A DNA stretch of 64,000 bases from Cercozoa sp. M6MM (Eukaryota; Protista; Endomyxa: Ascetosporea). A program made the position numbers and the translations under genes. Under the pieces are notes generated by a model that saw only the letters and a program-made list of their open reading frames with translations, ran no database searches and was not told where the DNA came from. The stretch lies in the NCBI GenBank assembly GCA_040357565.1, contig JBDODJ010000060.1. One strand, given 5' to 3'. Positions within the stretch are counted from its first letter, which is position 1. The number at the start of each line of letters is the position of its first letter. This document shows, one piece after another, positions 55,128-64,000 of the stretch.

Positions 55128-56007
55128 CCTTCTCTATCTCTGTCTCTGTTTTTGTCCTCTGTCTCTGTCTGGGGAGCTGACTTATTCGCTCCCTTAAGCA
55201 ATCAATAATACGAGACGCAACAGGGCTGCTCCAGGACTACAACAAAAGCACAAAGTTAGTCCAAGGGTCCCATGGGGCACGGGCTCAAAAGAAGACCACA
55301 CGCCTCCTTACAATGACTGATCTTCCAGTCACATGAAAGAATCAGTAGCACAGGCACCAGCGTCATGAAACAACAGCAAGAAAAACGCTTCACAAAACTG
55401 AGAAATCATCTGGACAGGCAGATCCCTACCGCAGAGCTTGTACAATTACCACGTGTCACACCAGCACAGCCACACGCACACACACACTCACAAGCAGCTC
55501 AAAATGAATTTCACGCGGCGCGCCCGAGGCGCACGAGGACACCTCGCGAAGACCACTGGGCACAATCACCCAGAATCACACACAAAATGATCACTGCCAA
55601 GAAACGCTCGAGGCCGATCGTGGCATTGCACTCGTCCCCAAACCGGCAGACACTCACGAGCGCACAAAACACGCCTCAAAAGGCCATGGGCACCAACACC
55701 AGAGCGCAGATGTCAGCGACCACATAACACAACCAAGGACTGTATTACCCAAGCTGCCGGGTCTGTGACGTCGTACTTGGCGTAGCACTCCTCTCACGTG
55801 ACGCAGAGCGCGCCAGTATTCGATAGGCTGACCTCAAGGGCAGAAAGAAGTGGTTGGCCAGTGATCGATCGTTCTACTTAAGCAGCATGATCACTTCACC
55901 TTCACTGACTGATCGATCGGTGTGAACATTCATCAATCGCATCAAGCGGTTGCTGGTTGAACTGAGAATTATGCGTACTCTGACGTAGAGCTAGGGGCAG
56001 AGACGAG

Positions 56008-57731
56008 TTACTGCTGGTCGGCGTTGCCGTTGCCGTTGCCTTGCTCAGGATTCTCATTCCAGTCGGCCATCAGCGACTCCCTGTTCAACAAACACGTATG
56101 CCATCGTATCGACAGACACATGTGAAGCAAAGTACTGATTCTCAAAGAGGTAGGACGCGGCGGCGTTCTCGTCCTTGTCGCACAGCAGATAGGCCTGCAG
56201 CGCCAGCTGCTCTGGGAAGCCCAGCAGCGCCTGCAGCAACATGCATCGGCACAAACGCATCGGCGCAAAGGGTAGGTACAGGCAAAGGGCAACAGGAAAA
56301 CATACCAGGCGCTGCACAGCCTCGGCCTCCTCCGGCGTGAGTCGAATCACGTTTGGGTCATCCTGCGGCGGCGCGCCCATGCCACCGCCACCGCGGGCTC
56401 GCATGAAGGCATGCACCAGTGCCTCCAACATGGCTGGTTGCTACACAGGGGGCGGGGGGGGGGGGATAATGTCAGGGTAATGTCAGGGTAATGTCAAGGA
56501 TAAAGAAAAGCAAGAGGCTAGTACCTGCACAAGCTGCATGACAGCAGCAGGGTTCTGCTGCAGCATCGCCGCCATCTGCGGGTCGTTCGCCGCCAGCTGA
56601 CTCAGCAACGCCGCCACCAGCTGCGGGTTGCTTTGCAGGAGCTGTACAAACACACGTACACACACATACACACAAAGATACCCACCCCAATGTGTGTGTG
56701 TGTATCTGAAGTACCTGTCGAACGCCTTCAAATTCTTGAGCAGCAGCAGCTGCAGACAAGTGATACAGAAAGCACACACAGGCCTACACACAAAGCGAGA
56801 CACTCCGAAAGAAAAGGTACCAGGCATAGCACCCTGCTGTGCTTGCGCCGGCTGGCCTTGCTGTTGCGGCTGCTGTTGTTGCGCCTGCTGCTGTTGCGCC
56901 TGCTGCTGCGGTCGCGGCGCCGGCATGCGCGGGACACTGCCCGAGAACAGCAAGTTGGCCGCCATCTATGTGTGTACAAACATCAAGACAGCAACATAAA
57001 AACAGGCACAACACACAACACCGAGTACACAGAGTGAATTGTACATCAGCAGAGTTGCCAGCCATTTCGAGCGCCCGCTCTACCTGCGATCGAGTGAAAT
57101 CGCCAAGCATCTAAGACCACACACACACAGTATTCAAACGGCACCAGCGAAGTAAGCACACGACATTGTGAAGCACACACCATGAGTTGTTGGACGGCTT
57201 CTTCGTTCTGCGCTGGTCGAGGCGCTGCTTGGGCAGGCTGGGCAGGCTGAACGGCTTGTTGTTGAACGGGCTGGGCAGGCTGAGCAGGCTGAGCAGGCTG
57301 GGCAGGCGACGGTTGCACTGCAGCTGCCGACTCAGTGGCCACGGCTGGCTGCTCCGCCGGCTTGGGCTTGGGCTTTGGCTTCTAAAACGAATCAGTTCTT
57401 TTCAAAAAAGGAGACAACAGTGCAAAAGGTCAAAGTACCGCCGTGGGCTTTGACATGACGATCACAGTGTCACCTGCGTTGAAGCGCTCGTTGATTCCGC
57501 CACTGTTGAGCATCTTGCCTGTTTGGGGTTTTCGTAAATGAGCAGAGTGCAAAAAAAAAGTTCAGGTTGCCCATGTATGGTTGCCTATGTACCCTTGTGA
57601 ATGAGACGCACGCCGGCAGCGTCGCCTTCGATCACATCGGCGACACGCTGCTTGATCTGCGCGAACTCCTCGCCTTGCTCGACTTCGAGACTGAACTTGC
57701 GGCCCTTGACCGTCTTGAAATTGAGCAACAT
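56008..57731 (-). CDS. RAD23: UV excision repair / proteasome shuttle protein RAD23
   Basis: UBL (LNFKTVKGRKF…RLIHKGKML), UBA1 (FTRSQVERAL), STI1/XPC-binding (LQSNPQLVAALL…NDPQ), IRLTPEEAEAVQRL, UBA2 (LGF…QAYLLCDKDENAAASYL). Confidence 0.95.
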
Positions 57732-58236
57732 CTGCGCATAGCATTGACCATCAAAGTCAATGCCAAAACTCTCACAAAGCTCTTCACGAAGCGCACAAGC
57801 ACGTGCGGAGAAAGCTCCCAACAGATTTTTCTGCACTGCAAAAAACACGCACCTAAATCACCAAAACGTGTACTGTCAGAATTCCTAACGCTGTCGTGAC
57901 ACAGGAGAGGATCTAAGGACACGCAAGGTGGCCTTGAGGTGCAGCCTTAAAAGTAGCCTGTTTGGCTCTTTGGAAATTTAGAGAATTTATTTTTTCGGCT
58001 GCGTTGTGTTTGTAGAACCAGTTGCACCAACAAATGAGTACCAGGTGCACCAACAAATTAATACTCTGACGTAAACCAGCAGCAAGTTCGATAACTAAGG
58101 CGAACGGCACACCCACTTTCGATTTGCAATAGCCAGCCGTCATGTCAGAGTTAGTTGTAGCCCAAGCTAACGGCTTATTGCATGCACGAAGAATGTTACA
58201 GCTATCTAGCTTAGTGACGCAGACCGGCCTTCATAC

Positions 58237-58723
58237 ATGAAAGAACTACGCGTACAAGTGCAAAGGCACTCGGCAACCGCAGCAACTCGATATGCCACTC
58301 GAAAGCTCACATTACAGACACGGGCGGCGCAAGATGATCCTACTGCGCTTGGTCGACAGCGTCGCCAAAAACCTTGTACAACATTTCTGACTGTGTGTCA
58401 ATGCTGTCGATTGTTTGCTAGTGGGTTGGTAAGTTTACGCCAAGCGAGGGAACTTCTGCAAGTGTCGGTCCTGCGGCGAATCTGCTCACATGATGGTAAA
58501 CGAACTTCCTGTTGCCTATTGAAATCTATTTACGTTGCGTGCATTGATTGTGTGGTGTCGCAGACGCCAATCTCACGAAAAGTACGCTCGTCCGACGATG
58601 GTGTGTTTGTGTCCTGTTTTAATTAAGTAGTATTTATTCCTGTTTTTTTTCCGACGAACGCTGGCTCCCTGCGGCAGGACGGTGCTCTGTGGCAGGAACT
58701 GGGACAGCGTGGTGAATAGTTAA
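58237..58723 (+). CDS. Possible small multi-exon gene, frame ambiguous
   Basis: Alternating coding-like blocks and T-rich GT…AG intron-like segments; more than one splice path is open. Confidence 0.3.
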
Positions 58724-59071
58724 GTGCTTTGGGATAAACAAATCCCCGAATAGTGCAGAGACTTCAGTTCAGCTTGACAGCTGTTTAGTAGCAACCGGTG
58801 GCTGCGATGTGGACTGTGCGAACAACATCAAATTAAAAGCAACCCAAGATATCATCTTTGCCCATTTCATCTGATAATCTCATAGTCTCATTAGCAAAAT
58901 TGGGTTATGCCATGGTTGCTAGCACGCTCGCGCGCATACTACTGTTTGAAAACCAAACATCAGTGAGGAGATATTGTAGCCACCTGTTTGACTGACTCGA
59001 GCTCGCTACAGTAGTCTACGCAACGCCTCAGTCACTCAGGCGGCCTCTCGTTTGTATTGGTTATAGTGAGG

Positions 59072-59414
59072 ATGTTGTCTACGACACCCGAGAGCGAACT
59101 CGATGCAAATTTCGCGTCTTTGTCTCCTCCGCCGGTAGGATACCCGCTGCGACCCGCTGGCCTTGACCAAAGAAATGACTTAATTGTCCCTGTTCAGGCG
59201 AAGCGACGAAAGTTACGCCGTGTCTCTGACGAAGTGGTGCAGTTGCTGCAACCGAAAGTGCAGCCCAAGGAGGTGCGTTGTCCCTATTTCGGTTGCTCTT
59301 TGGTCGCTCGACGTGATTTTCAATGCAGGAGAACCCTATCGCACGCGACGCTTTGCAGTTCTTGGCAGAAGGACGTACTTCCGCTCGCATTCTTTCGCAA
59401 CAAAAACAGCGGTA

Positions 59415-59451
<37 letters not shown>

Positions 59452-61405
59452 CCTTGCGTTTTCTGCCTGTAAGAGCTTGGCTTGCTTGGCAGCACACGAA
59501 ACTTGCAGCAGAAACTGTGCGCTTTCAAAACCAAAAGTGGTCTAAAAGACACGTTGCTTCACAGGTTGGCTTTTCGTGTCTATTTTTTGCATTTGCGTGA
59601 CTGAGGAGTGTACTGTAGTGTGCGTTTGAATGACAACGATGTCGACATTGCGTTGTTGCATGCGAGAAACGCGTCCACCGGTGAGAGCGAGCGTCTTGTT
59701 GTGAAAGAAAACTACGATGTGGAAGAGCTGAAAGACGAAGTACTCGACGAAAGTCCGCTGTCTCTTCTGCCAGAAGAAGGATCTGAGCGTATCCACTTGA
59801 TGGTGGAGCATGCCAAGAACCGAGCGATGCTGCAGCTGACTGCGTGGGTAGCTTTAACCCCGTTAGCCTGATTCACTCTGTGCACTTCCTTGTTCACAGG
59901 AAGCGGTGGTGCACGAGACAGTGCCATCACTGCAGCGTGTGCTTTTGGCCGCCATGCGCGTCGATCGCATGCACTCGCAGCATGCCTTGAGTTCCACGAT
60001 CGAAGAACAAGGTAGTTGTATTCCCGTGTATCTTGTATCGCTTTGCTTCGAACTAGCCTGCTTAGAGAACTTTTTGGAGGCCGCGCTGCTGTCGTTGACG
60101 CAATCTCAGTTAAGACAATTGCTGCAACGACTGAAAGCTGGTTTGTTTTCGCTTTTGTATTTGTTCTACTGTACTGATTAGCTTTTCTTTCACAGGCACA
60201 CCGCGACGGCCAAATTCACTTGGCTACCTTCGTCTACATGGTACTCTTGTCCCTTTACTAACTTCGGAGACTGTTTACGTGTACACAAACAGTGCGACTG
60301 GCGCTGCGTCGACCGCACGGCATCGTAACACCGTCGCAGCTGTGCAATATGCGCGAGTCACACGTGCGCTCCACTTTGTCTCTGTTCACCCTGTTCCATG
60401 AGAATCACGGTGGCTTTGTGGCAGGTGCGACGCATGCTGCTGCAGCGCAGTGTCCACGTATCGCGCCGACGCGAGCTGCATCAGTACGCCGCCATGCAGT
60501 TGCAGCTTGAGGTAGACACAGCACCTTGTGCGTTTGTGAGCCATTTGTGTACACGTCGATTTGTCACACAGGGACGACTGTGTCCACGCACCCTACTGTC
60601 CGACGCACAACACGGCGAGTTCCGCGGACCGCCGCCATCTGATCTGTACGACGTGCCGGCTCTGGCGATCGTGCTGAACTCGACCACCGGGCGCGTGGCG
60701 GCTGCTGTTCAGGTGCGTTTGTGTCCGTGCGATGGAAAGAAGAGTTACTCGTTGTCGACGCAGAGGTGCGCTGAGGCCGATCGCGACGTGCCGCCGAGTG
60801 TCGACACTTTCGAAAGCGACGATCCACTCGAAGCGCTCTTCCTCGACGAGTTGCGACGGTACTTTTGCTGTTGACGGTATCAGGATGGTCAGGCTGGATG
60901 GAATCGTGTGCATGCAGCGCGATCTGTCTACTGCTGCATGCGACTCCGGAAGGCTTGTCGCTGTACGAAATATTCGAATGCTTGCGACATACCAAGCGCC
61001 TCACTCGCCGCGTATCTTCCGCTTTGTCTGTATCGATATGCCGATACGTGTACTGTCACATAGGTCCTGCTGGAAGACGTGCGTGCCGTCGCCACCACGC
61101 TCGTGCAAGACAATGAACTCAGGCAGCACACCAATGTATTTGTCCTGGGCTATTTTCTAACTCACTGTATATACCTCCTGCTTCCTGCGAGTACACAGGA
61201 GGACCTCGACATGGACATCTTCACTCTGGCCAACCACGAGCACGCGCGGCGCGAACGCCACGAAAACCTCCGTGCCGTCTCCGAGGCTGTCTCGGAACTC
61301 CGCGGGCAACCCGTGCCTCCGCGCGAGCGGCGAGTGCGTCCGCGCCATTTGCACCCGATGCACCACGGCGTCGCTGCTGGCCCGAGCTCGCTTCGCCTAC
61401 AGTAG
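59072..61405 (+). CDS. Hypothetical multi-exon protein with an NLS-like KRRKLRR
   Basis: Consistent GT-AG splice path over about 14 exons to TAG at 61403-61405. Confidence 0.7.
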
Positions 61406-61674
61406 CTTAGATCAGTGGTCATTAAATATGCCACTGATTTGAATCAGTAGCTCGCAGACTAATACCACAGTATTGCGTTGTGTTGCCGCGTTGCGTCTGC
61501 ATCAGACGAAACCACCTTGTTGCAGACTTTACTCGAGTCCCAAGGAAGAAGCTGTAGGAGTTCAGAACTCGTAAGGAAATTAACTTGAAAACTGACAGCA
61601 ATGAACTTGCGTTGGTCGCGTTGAAGAAGTTCTGGCTCGCAACGAGCGAAACGAAAGCCCTCTCGTCGCTGGGT

Positions 61675-62491
61675 TTACGTCCACTTGTTCTGCGAGCGCT
61701 TGCCGGGTCGCTGCTGCTCGTGCGCCTTGGGCCGGTGCTTGCGCATCTTCTTCCACGAGTACATCGAAGGCCGCGAGTGCAGCGAGATGTTGTGCACCTA
61801 CATAGCGATAAACACATCAGCTCAGTTCAACGAAAGACAGGGGATTGTGCAGGCAGGCATACCTTCTCGAGTCGCTCCTCCTGCGCTTCCTTGCTCTGCC
61901 GCAGCTGGCGAACGAACTGGTCGTGACACTCGTTCATCGAGGCCTCTGTTGGTAGACAAGATAGTGTTTTTAAAAATACACCCACAAGACTGAGCATCCA
62001 AAGGCACCGATATCACGGCAGCGCGCGAGCTTCATATCATTCATCTGCAGGCAGTCCATGTACTGCGTCACCAGGTGCGTGCAGTTCGTTTGCTGTGACA
62101 CACACACTCAAAGATCAGTCCCACAAGAGATACAGACAAATACAAAAAAGTAAAACTGTGTTTGTACCGACGTCTTCAGCATCGCCTTCGCCTTGGCGTG
62201 CGAGAAGCGGTTCACCTGCGGCAGAATACGATGTCGAACCTGCACGTGGCCCAGCAGCTCGCGCAACTGCTGCTGCTCAAACTCGTGCAGCTGCAACAAC
62301 ACAAAACAAACGACTTGAACCAATCACCAGAATAATATGCCAAAAACACAGCGATAGCTTAAAGGCAGCGTGGGCTGCGAGAACACATTGTAACTTACAT
62401 CGCCAATGCGACCACGGGAAGCGAACAGCGACTCCTTGGCGAAGATGGTGGCGCGCTCAAACGCCTTCGCGTTCGGCTTACTACGCGACAT
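61675..62491 (-). CDS. Twin CX9C (CHCH) protein, mitoribosomal mS37/MRP10-like
   Basis: 5 exons; C-THLVTQYMD-C-x10-C-RDIEASMNE-C; basic N- and C-termini. Confidence 0.75.
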
Positions 62492-62708
62492 AGCAGCGTC
62501 GGTTGATCGACTCTACGATGCCGCACACAGATCTGCCAGCTTGGCGTCTAAGCCGTTCTCAACACTACGGCTCTTTTCGTACACGGGGACAGTACTATTT
62601 GTACTGTGCAGCTGGCAGTACAAAACAGTACAACATCATTTCAAACGAGCCGATACTTTTTTTCTGTGTTGTGCAGCGTGTACGGTGCTGTAAACATAGA
62701 ACAGTTCA

Positions 62709-63420
62709 ATGTTGAGCCGCGTTAACAGAGTCTTCAGCCGCCGTGTGCGCGCATTCGCCATCGTGCCGATCGAAACACCCGAGGCAACAACAACCATCAA
62801 GATTCTTTGATGTTGTGACGTTTTTATATTTTTTTGTCGGTGTTTTTAATTTTTATGCTATGCGGTGTTGTGCAGGCGCTTCAGGAGCAACTTTCGCAGC
62901 AGGACAAGGTATACCGGTCGTATGGACACAAACAGTCGCCCTCATCCTTTCAATTATGCAGGTAGTCGTGATCGACTGGTTCGCCGACTGGTGCGGTCCT
63001 TGCCAGGTATATTCCTCGGCGCAAAAATGCGTTGATGTGGTGTGCATGCTGACCGCTGAGTGTCCAGATGATGCGTCCGTTCTACGAGCAACTAAGCGAG
63101 AAGCACAACGACGCTGTCTTCCTTGCCGTGGATGCCGACAAGATGCAGGTTCCTTTCGGCTCAATAATGATCAGGCTAAAAAGTTCAAATTCTCATGTAT
63201 CGTTCGTGGTTGTGTGCCGTCTCTAGGGTGTCGCCCAGCAACTTGGCGTCACTGCTTTGCCGGTACAGAGAAGTCAAAACCTGCTGAAACTGACATAGAC
63301 AATGTTCACTGTGCTCAGACCTTCCACGTCGTTAAGAACAACGAGATGCTGTCCAAGGTTGAAGGCGCCAACGAGAGCGGTCTCTCCAACGCCGTAGAGG
63401 AGGCTCTTAAGGCCGAGTAG
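62709..63420 (+). CDS. Thioredoxin with a mitochondrial-type presequence (6 exons)
   Basis: MLSRVNRVFSRRVRAF…VVIDWFADWCGPCQMM…FLAVDAD…VTALPTF…VEGAN. Confidence 0.95.
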
Positions 63421-64000
63421 ATCAATCTAACGTCATTTCTCTCAACCAAGCGCAAGTTCAGTTGGTCAAAATCGAATTAACATCCGCGCGGACACACGTT
63501 TCTGTGCTAGAAACTTCAGGAAACGGGGGAACCCACCCCTTTCGGGCGGCCCAATTTTTGAGCCAGGAGGAAATGATCACAGCTTGGGCCCCAAAGTACC
63601 TTGATTAAACCGCTAAACGTGTTCAGTAGTGTGTGACACTAGTCTAGGTGTTATTGTAGTCAATGAAGCTAGTATTTGTTCGGACTTGAGTTTATATTTG
63701 TTTTTCCCGCCCGAGGCACCCACGTGTCTAGATTTCTGGATGTGTTGTTGTTGTATTTTGATTAAATAATGTTCTTTTTGAACGTAAAACTATTGGTGTT
63801 GTTGCCCTTCTATTATAGCGTCAATTTGTGCATCGGCAAGTCGGTTAAATGCCTGCTCGGAAGCTCGCCGACGAGGTCGCTGCTGGTCGGCATTGAATCT
63901 GTCATGTACTTGAAGAATGGCGACCTCCTCCAGGTATGGATCCTGCTGCATGAAGCGTCTCAGTCGACGCCGTCTGCGTGGGCGAGGATTCTGTGCACAT

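Noticed and set aside
55410-55470. TPP riboswitch (GCGGTAGGGA on the minus strand)
   Set aside because: No upstream CUGAGA or P2-P5 architecture in the right order
55365-55727. 120-aa ATG ORF on +
   Set aside because: Composition mirrors a minus-strand TG-rich intron; no recognisable motifs
63660-64000. Start of another + strand gene
   Set aside because: One coding-like exon (…MYLKNGDLLQ|gt) but no reliable start or identity within the window

Overview
Gene-dense, very intron-rich nuclear DNA from a eukaryotic microbe (a protist; the taxon cannot be fixed from this window). It uses the standard genetic code. The window is a scaffold with four 100-N gaps and two 10-N gaps, mostly at homopolymer or microsatellite runs. 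I reconstructed about 25 spliced genes by hand. Most ORFs in the supplied track are exon/intron read-throughs or antisense artefacts. Recognisable genes: V-ATPase c, SpoU/MRM1, SPCS1, an FMO, a TopBP1-like multi-BRCT protein, a Nup214/159-like FG nucleoporin, an EEP sphingomyelinase, ZNF598/Hel2, METTL5, a Wee1/Myt1 kinase, CFAP74-like, a P4-ATPase, RAD23, a twin-CX9C protein and thioredoxin. Most notable: (1) three intact but apparently catalytically altered enzymes in the first 18 kb (a cytochrome c peroxidase-like protein without the distal His or proximal Trp, an M48/OMA1-like protein with HMVGH instead of HEXXH, and a Upf1-like helicase with broken Walker motifs), the first two inside a cluster of putative mitochondrial-protein genes; (2) a His-rich / glycine-zipper / hisactophilin-like beta-trefoil / (PMQ)n / DUF4476-like modular protein; (3) a splicing landscape of short introns with very degenerate, GTAC-dominated donors, including a GC-AG intron with a non-consensus donor. 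All family calls come from motif recognition, not database searches. Exon boundaries are manual inferences.
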